Counted from the first letter of the whole stretch, positions 25,730-39,780 are shown. The stretch: DNA of 63,389 nt, filler included, from Rhabdomonas costata (GCA_019059605.1; 27 parts of 27 records of this genome joined end to end with filler, not necessarily neighbours in it), one strand, 5' to 3'. Made by a program: numbers and translations. Notes: generated by a model not told the origin, from the letters alone.

Positions 25730-28364
25730 GTATGCCCGAATCACCCCAGATTCTCTTACTTTTCATGGTTTGANNNNNNNNNNNNNNNNNNNNNNNNNNN
25801 NNNNNNNNNNNNNNNNNTTAATTAATTAANNNNNNNNNNNNNNNNNNNNNNNNNNNNNNNNNNNNNNNNNNNNCTCTCTCCTTAGCCTTAAACACACTTC
25901 AGTGCTGGCTCCGTCCTGGTTCGCAAGAAGGGCACCTCTGCGTCCTTCTCCTCTTCTCCCTTCGATAACCCCAGAGAGACCCGGGGAACCTGCAAAGTGC
26001 CGATCCCCACAAACATACACACACAGGCGTTTTTTCAAGTGCAACACACTTGAGAAGGGGAAAGCAGAGAGAGTTTGGCGAGAAGGCGACGACGGAGCCG
26101 GAAGCGAGGAAAGTGAAAGTGACTGCGCATTTGCGTGCATGTGTGCTTGCGCGCACGAGACATCATTAAATACGTGTGCACACACAGGCGCACGTGTCCG
26201 CGTGTGGAGAGGGAGAGAGAGAAGAAGGCGGGAAACGGACAGATGACAGAGAAAAAAGCAGTCACTGATCTCCACAACAACGTTGCGCTCTCAGGTCTGT
26301 ATTAATGACTCATCTCATCCTCTCAACTGCATGGGGACGGGGAGTGTGTCGAAGTCAAGTGTGCAGTGCCTCATTTTGACCCATTCTTTTTGCATCTTAT
26401 CATGAAGTGATTCTCACCACGAGGAGCTTTGCGACCGTGCAAAAAGACAATTAACAATATTGTTCTCTAGCAGGAAAAAATAGGAACAGTCAACCGATGG
26501 GACAATAAATCACCGAAGGTAAGCAAAAAGAGCGGATGTACGGCTATTCCGAAAGACTATGGCGTAAACAAAACCTGCGGATTCGGAACAGAATGGCAAG
26601 ACATTGGGATGTGGTCGGGTGCACCGTGAAGGGCAGGGCCACGACCAGCCTTGTTCGATGGAGCCCTGTCGTAAAGGGACACGACAAACAGAATCCAACG
26701 GTCGACAAGATCACAGTAAAACACTCCAAACACCTACAATTCAGATCTGGGAACTGTTACCCCTGTTTTCTGAGAGAGGGAGAGGAACCCACCGCACACC
26801 GGTTGCTTTTGTTGCAACACCAACTACTAATTGTCACTTGGAAGCCCATCGTCCAATTGTTGAAGACACAAAAAAAAGTGAAAGCGTACATCGTATTTGG
26901 CTCACATTGAATTCGGCGGAAGGAGTCCTGAATGTCTTCCTCGGGCACCTCCAGTGAGACACATGAAGCCTGCACAAAGTCCCAGCCCTCCAACATCCAT
27001 TCGCAACGCTCCCCGATCTCAACACATCAGCTGGCAAAACCACTCGGACCGCGCAATTCGACGTTTCAATAGCATGCTGGCGCACCAGCGAGGCACCAAA
27101 ACGTTTCCAATCATTTTTGAACCAAAACGGCACCGAAAAATACAGCAAATGGGAGAACACGACCGCCCCGTGCGTCGCAATTTCCACGGCCCCCGCTATC
27201 CTTTAGCGCCAATGCACTCGAAATGCAAAAGAAGTGGGACCTCGGCGTCGAAAAGGTCGGGTTCCGTGGTGCTGGCTGCGAGGGGGCTCCCAGAGTGAGA
27301 GAACCCGACCAGGGTGTTGCGAGCCATTCTTGGGGTGGGACAGCGGTAGGTCCTTTCCAAAAGAAAAGAGGGACCGTGCCGCGCCCCCAGCAGACCACCT
27401 AAATTGCCGGCCGTTCTAAGCATTAGATCGAGTTTCATCTTCAACAAAAAAATATGCAAAACATTCCCGCCGTTTTTCACCCAAACACATCAGCATCAGG
27501 TCGTCAGCTGCTTGCCATGGTGATCAAGTTTGGCCAACACCTTTCTCTCGCGCACTCAAGCACAAGAACACATCACGCTCATCACATCACCCACCTCAGC
27601 AAGTTGGGCGCGGTCAAGCAGCGGAGTAGGGGTGCTTCGGTCTCTCCTCCAAGGTCATCAAACGAAACGCGGATAGGCTAAATGGCAAGCCCAAACAAAG
27701 ACGGAACAATGCTACCATTTAGCATTGTAGAGAGTGAAGTAAAAATAATTCGCTACCTCCCAAAGGCAGAAAAAGGCAAAAAAAAAAAACTTGGGATTCT
27801 ACAATGTCTTTGCCAGCCTTTGTCTGTCGTTGAGCTCGCGAGTGAAAACCACAACGACGACCACAAGACGGCAACACGAACGAAATCACAACAACAAGGC
27901 GAAGAAGAGCAGCAGCAAACTGCAGCGCAAATCTACACCTTGCTTTGCATATCTGCGGGCTCAATGCCCTCACACTAAAAGGCACTCGACCACTCGAGCA
28001 ACAAAAACAACACAAAAAAGCAGGATGAGGCAGCTGAATAGGACGAGGACCACCAACCGAAATGTCAAGCCCAGATTGAGGCTGATCTGACCAGATCGAA
28101 GTTGAGATGACCTGTCCACAACNNNNNNNNNNNNNNNNNNNNNNNNNNNNNNNNNNNNNNNNNNNNTTAATTAATTAANNNNNNNNNNNNNNNNNNNNNN
28201 NNNNNNNNNNNNNNNNNNNNNNTGTGTTGTGGGAAAATGGGAAATGGGGCATGTGGTTATTTAGCGCCCGGGTGTGCCGATCTGTTTTTTGTTGATTCTT
28301 CGGTCATTCCTTGCGTCTGGATAGTGGCACCGACCCACAATCAAAAAAGAAGGCAGTTGGTTTT

Positions 28365-29240
28365 TCACGTCTCAATACATCGGGTGTATTCAGATGCTCT
28401 GAAGGCTTGGGTTTTTTTATGTTGGTCATCACCATCTGTGCCTATATCATAGCTTTTGTGCTCTTCTTGCCTCCGCTTCACTGTTTTTTGTACTTTGCTC
28501 ATCTCCAATCGGACAGTTGGACCGCCTTCCCGTCGGATGAATAGTAAAACAGTGAGACAAGAAAGCCGCATTTGTTTGGTGTAGTTTGCTGTGGACTGGT
28601 CCTCTCGACCCACGCTGCCGCAAAATTGAGCATGAGAAAAGTGATAGTGGTTCATGTGTTCGGGTGTTTGGTGTATGTCGGACTTTAAGGCCTTCATTTT
28701 GAGCAATTGGGCAACGAATTGCTTGAGTGATTTGTGGTTGATCCCGTAGTAGTGGGTTGGAGGAACGTAACAAAGTGGAGTGACGAGATCGATGCCTTTT
28801 TTCACCCCAGCCGTAGAAGCGTAGCGACCAGGAACAGACAATACATGGTAATTGGGTGGATCATCAGTAATCATAGAGGGAACCACATGTAGGCATTTGG
28901 ACGTTTATTTGGAGTGAGCGTAGCGACACAACCACATAGCAAAGTTGGGACATATGATCATCAGCGAATGTGGCAGAAGGCAGAATTCCTGGGCGACATC
29001 AAGGAACTCTTTCTTCTTTTACTTTTTTCTTCTGACGTCGGCCTCCGAGGCTTCCTTTTGCACAATGCTACCATTTGATTCAGCGTCGTCCATAGTAGCC
29101 TTGTGTCATGAGAGGAATCTTGACTCAATAACAGCCATCAAAGTAGCGTTCATGTCATCGTCACATTGCGCATCTGGTGATGACGATGAGTTGGAGGATG
29201 GCATGCTCTCTGTTGTGGTGATGGCGCATAGCTTCACATC
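28365..29240 (-). pseudogene. Decayed intronless gene of unknown family
   Basis: One minus frame runs ~290 codons with only three internal stops (TGA 29108-29106, TAA 29021-29019, TAA 28907-28905) and includes ORF 28365..28886. Confidence 0.5.
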
Positions 29241-30879
29241 TCAATATTGACTCACGCCTACATACCTACATCACCTTCTGTATGTGATGCCATGGTTGCT
29301 TTGGCTGGATGCACTCTATGCCGTTACTTACAACAACTGTGGTAAAGGTGATGCATGGCATATTGCTTTGATGGCTGTGTGTGACGTTAGCCATATTGCC
29401 ACGTGTACTACCATTGAATAGTAGAAAATAACCCTATGCTGCAAATAATTCGCTATGTTATGCTACATCTTCCGCTATGGGTTGAATTATAGCTCTTTAC
29501 AAACATTGTGGTGGCATGGTCCCCACTACTCCACCAACATCACCGCCAACATATAGAACATAAGATATACACGTGGCATGAAACTATAGCATACAGTGCT
29601 ACAGTGTTGGAATCATAGTTGTGTTGTAGCGGCACTATGTCGCCACACTCTCATTGGTGAATAGAAAACACTACGTCTATGACATCTTACAAGATGTTGT
29701 AGGCAGCCAATATGCACTGCCACCATGGACATTGTAGTATTAGTCTCCAATATAAGTCCATAGCCCACCATGCGAAGCATGAAACTATCACTATTGTAAC
29801 CCCGCCGATGGGTTGGTATGCATAGCCGTCATATTGCTATGGTGGTATGTCATACCACTGACTTATTACATAACGCATAGCCCTAAAAGGGTCATCGTGG
29901 ATACTTGGGTCCTGAGCTACTACACACAACACGCCAAGGTTCTACGTGGGGTTACCACATATACTCGCATATACTACTATAATATCTGGAGCTTCGGCTG
30001 CACTGGAGTAGAGAAGCCGCGGTGAAGGAAACATTGGCGTATCTGACAGACGCCAATCTCCAGGGTGATAGTGGAGAAGTGAGAACCTGGACGGAGTTGC
30101 AGGATCCGCGTGCGCCTGATCTGCTGCGTGGGCTGTATGATGGGCTCAAAGCTTCCAAGCTGGTGCGGTACACGGCCATGGAGTTGGATGTCTTCCGGCA
30201 TCCATCCTCCAGACGGTGATGTTCATGTGGCAGCGATACTACACCAAACACCGATGATACAGCCACTTCTGGTGCGAGCTCCTTATGCACGGTGCTCCAA
30301 TGGGCTGCTTTCAGAAGGAGATGCGAGGAGGTGCTACATCCCAGCCATGTGGCGGCAACAAAGACTTGGCAGTGAGTGTCTAGAGCCACTTGATGCGGTG
30401 CATACGTACTGGAAATGGTTGATCTTATTTTTTTAAAGTTTGCGCAAACTTTCAAAAAATAAGAACAACCACANNNNNNNNNNNNNNNNNNNNNNNNNNN
30501 NNNNNNNNNNNNNNNNNTTAATTAATTAANNNNNNNNNNNNNNNNNNNNNNNNNNNNNNNNNNNNNNNNNNNNTGTGGGGTGTGTTTGGTGGTGTGGTTT
30601 GTGTTTGGGTGGGTCGGTGGAGGAGTGTTCGATTCTTGGATTAAATGGAGATAGGTTTTTTGGCTCGAGCGGCGTGGATCTCGATCTCGTTTCTGCGGGT
30701 TAGGTCAGCGGGGCTTGGGGTGGATGTGTAAACCTTGCGGGATTTTTTTAACCCGAATAACCCTCGTCTCACTCTTTCCTACATGAACGCAAACCACTCT
30801 TCTTTTTTCCCCTGACCTCTTACCTTCTCATTTGTGCTGTGGTGTGTGCGTGTGTTTGCTGTATGCCCTCGGACGACGA

Positions 30880-32377
30880 ATGATTAGCATCCCGTCTGTG
30901 CGGGCCAGTCTTCGAAGGTTTGTCGAGAAATGTGTCGTGGAGAAGGGCGGAGGATTCAGTGCCGCTTATCACCAACTCAAAACCTGGCCTTTTCTTTGTC
31001 CAGCGTCGGAGTGGGTGGCGTGAACGAATGGCTTGTGGGTGGGCGCGTGCAGGCCGTGTTTCAGCAGAACTGTGACCGGCGCCAGGCCCGAGGCCGCGCG
31101 TTGATTGCCGAGCAGAAGTTTGAGGAAGCCGGCAGGTACCCCAGTGCGCTTGAGGCTTCTCTTTCACACGTTTCACTGTGCTTTTGTCATGCAGTGCCCG
31201 TGCACCCCCCCCCCCCCCTTTTTTTTTCTCCTTGAGTCCTTGAGTGGAGTGGAGTGGCTGCTTTTGGGTATGCAGGATATTTGATGAGCTGATTGAGACC
31301 AACCCGGACGACGCGGAGGCGTACCGCCTGCGCTCCTGCTGCCTCAGTGGCCTGGGGATGTATTCCGCCGCAGTGCAGGTGCACACGTGTGCTAGAGCTG
31401 CACCCTCACGCGCACAGGAGGACAGCACCCCGACAGCACCTTTATGTTTCCTTGTCGTCGAGCGTGCCCAACATGTAATAAGACTGGTTCCTTCACGGTA
31501 AAGCCCTCCAAGGGGACATCCGCAGACTCTCAAAATCAAGTAAGGCCGGCGGGAGGGTTGGCATAGAGACATTTGGAGAGATTATGAGAACACCCGAGCT
31601 CGCGGAACGGCAAACGCGTTTCCTTCGGGAACGTCATATAGCGAATACGCGCAGCTTTCGCAGGAGTCAACGCTCGCACCCCTCCCACCTGCAGTTGGGA
31701 GGGTGGGGTGCCTGTAATCTCAAAGGGAAGGCTCATTGGGCTGAGACGAGTTTCGCTATGCGTCGCACTGGCTCAAATGGCTCCTCTTCCTCGTTTCATG
31801 GCACAGGATCTGTTTGAAAGCATCTCCAAGTCCGGGGGTGGGCCCACGATGACGGCCGGGATGGCACAGCTTTCTGAGACCTTGGTTATCATCGCAGAGG
31901 ACCTCACTAGAAATGGTGTGGTGTGGTTCCGGGTGACGGAATGAAGTTATGTCATGAACATTGTGAGAGCTCTCGGAATGGTGGGATGCTGCGGTCGTGT
32001 GGGTGTTCTGTATGTACTTGCTTATTGAGGGGAGTTTCACTGCTACAGATCAAAACGAACTCAGAGGGATATTTTTCTCAACATCACTGGTGGTGAGCGT
32101 TTTGTCGTGCGAAGCGCATTCTCTTCGTTCCGAATTCCCTCTTGCTTTTCTCATTTCACGGCTCAACCCGCCACAAGCGCAAAAGCAGTCTTCTTGTGCC
32201 CGCCTTGCAGGGGACCATGTGCAGGCGCTGGAGTACTTTACGGAGGCCATCAAGTGGGGCGAGGGAGTGGTCAGCCTGTACGTCAAGCGCGGGCAGTGCT
32301 ACGAGAAGCTGCAGCGCCAGGAGCCCGCCATGGCGGACTACCAGCACGCCCTCACCCTCGACCCAAACCATGAGGAG
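30880..32377 (+). CDS. TPR-repeat protein, 5' part; exons 30880-30917, 31004-31135, 31276-31378, 31807-31915, 32211-32377
   Basis: TPR motifs GRALIAEQKFEEAGRIFDELIETNPDDAEAYRLRSCCLSGLGMYSAAVQD and GDHVQALEYFTEAIKWGEGVVSLYVKRGQCYEKLQRQEPAMADYQHALTLDPNHEE. All junctions GT-AG and in phase. Confidence 0.9.
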
Positions 32378-32943
32378 GTTCTGCCCAACACACCCAACTT
32401 CCTGTTGACCTCCTCGCAGCCTTCTTCTCTCTCACTTTTGCTCGGTCGTTCGATCCATCGATCGCTGGCTTTGTGGTTCTTCACCGACATTTTGGGACTT
32501 TCCACCGTTGCTCTCAGCAGGTGTTCCCTGAAACCTGAGTGGATAAGAGGTGCGAACTGTGAATGAACGGAGTGATGAGGAGGGTCCGGGTCGCTGTGAT
32601 GGACGAATGAATGAAAAAGAAATGGAACGTGCTGGGAATGGTGCGCGTTATTTTTTTGGACCATACTTTCGTTGATTGAGCATGGAAGTTTTCGTCCCAA
32701 CCCCACTGCCGTAGCTGAATCTTAGGCCTGAACCCTGCCTTATCTCTGTCTATGCCCCTTCCCTTTCACTCCTCCTTAAGATCTCCCTCCCATATCTCGT
32801 TCCCTCCCCCCTTCACACACCCCACNNNNNNNNNNNNNNNNNNNNNNNNNNNNNNNNNNNNNNNNNNNNTTAATTAATTAANNNNNNNNNNNNNNNNNNN
32901 NNNNNNNNNNNNNNNNNNNNNNNNNGAAGGGGTGAACACGTAC

Positions 32944-34101
32944 GTCGGACGGGGCTTGCTCACTCGCGTGCACCGTTCCGCCGGTGATCCAGATTCGGCC
33001 CTGGAACGTCGTGATCCCCATTCCGCATCGCGGAGAAAACGGCGCTCGCTCAACCACTTTGCTCCACGTGCCCCGCAAGGGGTCGGAGCTCCGCCACACG
33101 TCGTTGAACGTGGAGAAACCCCAACAACCACCCACCAGCCAGACCTTGCCCCGGAAGGGTACCAGCCCAACGCGCTCCCTGGCGGAAAAACCGCCATCCC
33201 GGCCAGGGCTCCACTTCTGCCCATCGGGGGTGACCCAAACGCTGCGGATGGGGAACCACATTTTGTGGCTACGGTGTGTCAATCCTGCGATGATCACCAC
33301 CTGCAGATTGATTTTGAGTATCGAAAAGAAAATTCTTCAGCCAGAGTCACTAGAAAGAAATCAATCTAACAACAAAGCAGGTTGCATTGCGAAGTAGGAA
33401 CTCATGATTTAACGGGAAAAACATAATATAAAACTCCAGATCGGAATCTACTGTCCACGATTCTGTGTTTTTTTTTCGCAATTTCTTTGCAATTTCGCTT
33501 CAAAGTTTTGGGACCGGGAATCATTGGCACAGCCCCACACCCGCAGTGTTGTGATGGAGTCCCCCCCGGCCCTTGGACAGTTCCGGGTGAATGGTGTACC
33601 CTTGATAACCTTGATAACAATGCCCCAGCCGCCTGGACCATAAAAAAGGGCTTAGAAGCGGGCCGGACTATGCCCATCCCCAATTTACACCGAGGCAGCC
33701 ATCTCACTGCAACGGTACCCGAAGCCTAGGGTCAAGCCGATTTCTCGGTAACCTGTCCCACTTGCTCACCCTCTCCACTACCAGGCTCGAACAGCGGATC
33801 GGATGCACAACTAAATCTTAAATCTTAAATCATCACCGTTTTTGACATTTTGGGGGTGGACAAACCTGATCACCGTGCACCGCACATCCCGCAGCGAACC
33901 GAGGGCTGAACGACGGCGAAGAATGAGCGTCTTTCCACGTTACGGCATCAGCGCTCCGCCACACGTCGTTCAAGGAGATGTACTCGGAGGAGCTCAGGCC
34001 TCCAAGCACCATCAGCTCCCCGTGGAAGACCACCATGCAAGTGCTCTTCCGAGCCGGTAAGAACGGCGAGGTGGGACGCACCGTGCGCCATGCATACCCA
34101 G
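32944..34101 (-). CDS. Kelch-type beta-propeller protein, partial; exons 34101-33866 and 33300-32944
   Basis: Blades VFHGELMVLGG...NDVWRSADAVTW, FRGKVWLVGG...NDVWRSSDPLRGTW, FQGRIWITGG, with FSPR/FSAR linkers. Phase-0 GT-AG intron. Confidence 0.9.
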
Positions 34102-35542
34102 CTGTACAGTAGGAAACCACGATAGCTCCATGATCCGCTCCTAAGAGACTTTCCTTCATATTCTTCGGGAAGAAGATATTCCTTTCGGGATTCGACTTAG
34201 GCAAATAACACCCCAAAACTCAGAATTTAGTTGCTGGCATGTTTTTTAGCGTATGTTTATGCCGGTGGTCCTTCGCGGCATCCTGTGCTCTGCCGTGGTT
34301 GAAACTCTCAGTTTACGGTGTAGCCCCCGTGCATCCGTGCATTGGAGCGACGCGGGGGTTTTATGCTGCTCCATCTCTTGTCCGCCTTCCCTTGCGGAAT
34401 CCCAGAACACATGTATCGCACACAAAACCCCCTGCACAGTGTGGTTTTCGGATTCGGGGCTATGTCTGCGTGGAAAGCAGCATTTACAGCAAACTCAAAG
34501 GGCACTGTTTCCTGTTTTCACATGGAAGCAACGATTTCCCAAGATACGGCTACCGAGATCCAAAACATTACTTGAAACATACGGCAGACCTGGGAGGTGC
34601 AGGGGAATTCGCTGCTTCTGATCCGCCCAGGAACCATTGGCAGTAACAACTTTCCTGGCTTCGCTTGGTATTTTGTTAATCCCTGGAGAAAGCGAACACA
34701 GTGCTGAAAAAAATGCAGAGGGAACACACACGACACAGCCTGCCCTTTTTGCCGAAAGAAAACATTCAGTTCATATTTTTCCGAAGGACAGTAAAGAACT
34801 AGTAATCACAAAAGTGAGGTTTTTACATGAAGGGTGTAACACCAGTAAAACACAAACATGCATGCCGTAATTGCCCCATTCCTGGCACGCTAACCACTCA
34901 GGATGAGGAATTGTGCAGCTTTTCCAGTGCAGCGCAGGCACTCCAGCAGGACAGAAGTGCGCTACTGGAATTCCTCCGTAATTGCAAATGAAAAAACTGG
35001 CCACCCAGAGGAGACCGTGACACCGCGCGGAAAGACAGCAAGAAAAAATGCGAAGGGGCAGAGGGACGGGGACGAGGAATGGTAATACAAACCTTTTTCA
35101 ATTCCGCACGCAGACAGTGGAATAAGAGCCGCAAGAACCGCTGCCAAGGCAAAGGTCTGCAGAGCCTCAAGGCCCNNNNNNNNNNNNNNNNNNNNNNNNN
35201 NNNNNNNNNNNNNNNNNNNTTAATTAATTAANNNNNNNNNNNNNNNNNNNNNNNNNNNNNNNNNNNNNNNNNNNNTTTGTTTGCAAATAATGGGAGTGTG
35301 TGGTGGACTTTTCGGTCCGTTCGGTCCACGGAATACGTCTAAGACATTTTTTTTCACGCAGTGGTCCGAACGGACCGAATTTTTTTTGGGGGGGGGCAAA
35401 ACGAAGAAATGAGGTGGATGATTATTCAGTACTTGAAATACGACTGACGGAGAAAGATACGCTCATGTGTTGAATCCATACTCTTTCTTTCACTGCTTTG
35501 CTGACCAGCGCATCCCCCCCCCCCGATGGACTTTGCGTGCAG

Positions 35543-36141
35543 AGAACCCCACGGGGATTCTGCTGGCCTCGGCGGAGCTTCTGACGGGGTTGGGGATGAA
35601 GGAGGAGGCTGCCCGGATTGTCAAGGCCCTGGAGAAGACGTACGTTTCGGACAAGGTGCGGAGGGTGGGATTATGAGGTGAGGCGAGGGGAGGAGGTTTC
35701 TTTCCGTTGTTCCTGAGGGCTGAAAATTTTCTCACCAGTGTCTTCGAAAAGACGTTAACAACGTAAGGCTAGTTCCATCCAGAAACAGAAGAAAGGTTCA
35801 GCGCTCTGAAAGACTTGCCCTGTATGCGAAACCCCAGTTGGGTTTTTTAACATTTACCTAGCGCTTCCTTTCCAATTGCCGCAGGGCATCTTGAGAACGT
35901 AAAACATGCAAAATGAAGATACGTGTAGAATGAACCGGGCCTGCAATAAGGGTCGCCAACCTGCAACCCGGCACCTGGACTCGTGTGTTCTGTGTGAATG
36001 TGAACCTTTTATTCTTGCGCCTCTCCGTCTGTCTTTCTATCTGTGTTTCTCTGTCTGTATTTGCAGGTCTTGCCCGCCAGCGTTCCCTCCGGCTCTGCCA
36101 GCCTGGGCGACTTCGTGGACGCGGTGATCAAGAACCTGTAG
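35543..36141 (+). CDS. Isocitrate/isopropylmalate dehydrogenase family protein, last two exons (35543-35655, 36067-36141)
   Basis: NPTGILLASAELLTGLGMKEEAARIVKALEKTYVSDK-VLPASVPSGSASLGDFVDAVIKNL* matches the family C-terminus NPTA.LLS...ML..LG....A..I..AV...T.DLGG.A.T.EF.DAVI..L. Confidence 0.85.
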
Positions 36142-37927
36142 CAAAAGGCAGCAGTGGTGCAAAAGAAATGGAGGGGGAGGGGCCGACGCGGAGGACTTAT
36201 CGTCACCTTTTGTCCGTCTGGGGTATCGGTTCCCGCGTTAATATGGTGGGCACCCCGCATTGGTGAAAGTGCGCCCTCTTTTCTTTTGCACCGCCTCTTC
36301 GTGTATATATCTGCAAGGGCCCCCTCCGGACTTGTGACATGACATTTGATGTGTAGCTCGTTTGTGCGGCCCTGGCGCGGCGTGGCGCGGCGGTACTTTT
36401 GGGTGGGTCTTTTTGGGCCATGTTTGCTGACCAATAAGGCGACCCCCTGCCAGCAACAATTCTCCTCACAGCTGTTCACGGACCATAAAGACCGATCTGG
36501 TTTATTTAATTGATACGTTTTGACAATAAACTGCAACAAATTGCACGGTAGGCGTTGGTTCTGCCCGAGACCTGCGGCTGGAGATTCCTGTTGCATGCTC
36601 CGCATCTGTGGGGTCATGGCAGGTCACCCTAGCTAGGTACTTTGTGACTTACTTTTGGCATGCGGCCCACGTGTGGCAGCTTTCTTGAAACATCTTTTCT
36701 TTTTGGAGCGTCTCGCAGGAGACAACTCGAAAGTACCACTGCCTACGTGTGCACAAATGTTTCCCTGGTGTGCGTTCCAGCGTGTCTCGTGCGTCGTGTT
36801 GTTTGGGCCCTGTTTTGGCAAATAACTTGGCTCTTGATGATCCTGTGCCCCCTATACAGGTGCCTTTAGTTATCTTTCAACGGCAATGCAACCTTGGAGT
36901 GCGAATTTGGGGCTTGTTGCATCGCCTTCGTGTTTTTTGTGGTTTTCTGCCGTGGTTTTTTTTTGGGGGGGGTTGTTTCCAAAATGCACTTTTGTACTTT
37001 TGTACTTTTAGGGTGCTCTGCCGTTTTGGAAGTGCCATTAAAGACGAAGTCGAGCACCCCACCGCGAGCCGATATTTTGGGGATACAATTGCCTGTGGGA
37101 GCCGTTGACCGCCCGGAAGGTGCGAGCAGAAAATTTCACACCACCACCTTGCGCAGAAGAATTCCGGAACAAGAGCTCAAGAACCCCTTATTGTAAGGGA
37201 CTGCGGGCTCTTGATGCCTTGCCCATTCCTAATCCTTACAATCAAATCCTTTCCTAATTCTCTTTCCGAATACCGCGACCAAACCGTTTACAAGGAACCC
37301 AAAGCTCAAATTTTAACCAGCAGAGAATGGAAAGAAGGAAGATTGTGTTAAAGTTTGGCAATAACGCCATTTTGTGATGGCGGCCCCCGTGCGCACGGGG
37401 GAACCCACCAATTCCGGCCCGCGGAGTTCGATCTCACCCAGGGGCCACATCCGCAATTCGACCAGCAGTGGTCTTTGCCCGCCCTTCGCCTGCGTTTCCA
37501 GAGGATTGGCCGGGCAACGAACACCNNNNNNNNNNNNNNNNNNNNNNNNNNNNNNNNNNNNNNNNNNNNTTAATTAATTAANNNNNNNNNNNNNNNNNNN
37601 NNNNNNNNNNNNNNNNNNNNNNNNNGGGGTGGTTGGGTATAAACGTTAGCAAAGGGGGCGAGGGTATAAATAACCTACGTTGATCAGTGTTTATAAACCC
37701 TATGGTTTTAAGCGCACGCCTTCCCATTGACGTGTGGCACCAGAGAAGAGGGATAAAACGGTTCGGAAACCGGATAAAACGGTGCTCGGCAACCGTTATT
37801 CTCGTTTGCATCCCGTTTGGAGTCTGTTACTGCATGCATGCATTTCAGTTTTCCTTTGATGTCCTGCAACTTCGAAGAGAGTCGTCTTTTTGTGTTGATG
37901 CTTATGCAGGACTTCTTTCCACTTACG

Positions 37928-39728
37928 ATGTATCATTTTCTTCCCTGGTTGCTCTGTGGAGTGGCAGTGCTGTTTGCTGCGTTAGGCAGTTACCTATTCA
38001 CTCGAGCCTTTCAAGATTCCTCTCACCGGAGCACTCTGCCCACCGTCATCACTGTTTTCGGACTCACAACATGCCTCCTCTGCCTACTTCTCGTTCCCGT
38101 CGATATTGTCAACATCAATACCACCACACAGACCGAGGCGGACTACTCGGGAAACGCGCAGACCATCCTTGATGCTTACTACGCTGCCTTTTCTGTGATG
38201 CTTGGGGTTGGCTTTGTTGTGGTCCCATTTGCCTATTTCTACTTTGAAGAGGAAAGGATGGAGGACGAGCCCAACGAGCGGTTCTTGGACGCTTTGAAGT
38301 ACACCTGCGGCTTCCTGTTCGGGTGCTCTCTTTTTCTTCACATTTTTTTCTGCTTGATCACTTGACCGCCATCACTTTCCACCACAGCTAGTAATGCCTC
38401 CTGTAGGGCGGGGTCCCGACGCAACGTCGGGACAAAATGATGTGCGCGGCAGACAGGAACGGAGAACGCAGAACAAACACAAGCAAGAAACATCAAACAA
38501 ATGTGCTGCGCTGGTGGTAACTTTAACTACTTTCCTTCTGCACACTTTGCGTCGGAGGGTTTCGAGTTCCCAGCCTGGAGCTCCCCTTCTTTCGTTCTAC
38601 CTTCACTACCTTCACAAGTTTGTTCTCTCTGTGTGGACCCCCACTGTCGAGACAAAATTTGAAAAACAACAACAACATGAATACAGACCCGCCAGGGGTG
38701 AAACGACCGGGGGCAGTGGGTCCCTCTCTGGAAGCTGTGACTTCCGCAGCAGGCACAAGCACTGCGGAGTCGTGAACTTGACGGAACCCTGCTTGTTTTC
38801 CGTCATGTTTCTCCCCAGGCTCGCGCTGTTAATCGTGGTGGCCCTTGTCCTGGGTTTCTCCCAGAAGGTTCCCACCGGAATCGCCGACTGGGCCAGGAAC
38901 TTGATCAACAACCTGCAGTCCTTTGAGAGGGCTTTTCGCTACCTTGTTGGCATTCTTGCTTTTCTCGGACTGGTGTTTCCCACCTCTGCCCTCTTTTTTC
39001 CGGGTTTCAGTTTTTTAATGCGAAATGAAAGAGATGACGTTTCTTTCAGGGCATATGGGTAGTGTATACCGCCTTTGGCTTGGCTTACCTGCCCGTTGCC
39101 ATGATGCGCCGGAAGGTGTATGGGGAGGACCTTCACAACGAGCTGTCCGAGGCACTTCGCTCAACCAGGGTTGGTGTTTTTTCAACTGTGCTGGTCTACT
39201 TGGTGATTGGGAGGGCGATAAAGCTTTTCAAATTTTCCACGGTTTAATCCTGAGCTGAACTTTCACACAGCTTTCGTTGTTCGTAGCACTTTTAGGGCAT
39301 AAAAAGGAGAGAAATTTGAGAAAGTGCGCTCCCCTGAGAGAAAATTGTTTCAAAGCTGCACTGTGCAATTGGAGGGCAAGGCATTTTTTGGGTTTGGCCG
39401 GAGTGTTAGAGGAAGAGTTTCCGGAGAAGTTTTGTGAACTGAGAGGGGGGGAGGGCGATTGCTTCAACGCTTAGCAGAGGAAGTTGAGGTGGGGTGTACC
39501 TCGCACTGCCCCCGAGGAGAAGTTCATGGTCTTTGGCGTGATACACAGGAGTGTGTGCGGGAGATTCAGAGCCGCACCGAGCTTATCGGAGTGAGCCCCT
39601 CACGCAAGGAGCAGCAGCTCCTGGCCTCTTACGAGACCCAACAGGCTGTTCTGGAGCGCAGGCTCAGGGAGCTTAGTCAGCGGCAGGGCAAGGACACCTG
39701 CCTGTCCATCTGCTCTCCTGTAATTCGG
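37928..39728 (+). CDS. LMBRD1: LMBR1-family membrane protein, LMBRD1-like (lysosomal cobalamin export), 5' part; exons 37928-38322, 38819-38972, 39050-39169, 39549-39728
   Basis: Motifs LLLVPVDI, VVPFAYFYFEE, ALKYTCGF, VYTAFGLAYLP, several TM helices and then a coiled loop. GT-AG introns in phase. Confidence 0.88.
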
Positions 39729-39780
39729 GTGTGCGCGCTGAACTGTTACCACAGTAAACAATTCTGTCATGTTTGGGTTC

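Noticed and set aside
35311..35379. 14-bp inverted repeat TTCGGTCCGTTCGG/CCGAACGGACCGAA; also a ~21-bp tandem at ~37751-37795
   Set aside because: Short, near contig edges, with no partner end or target duplication to assign a function.
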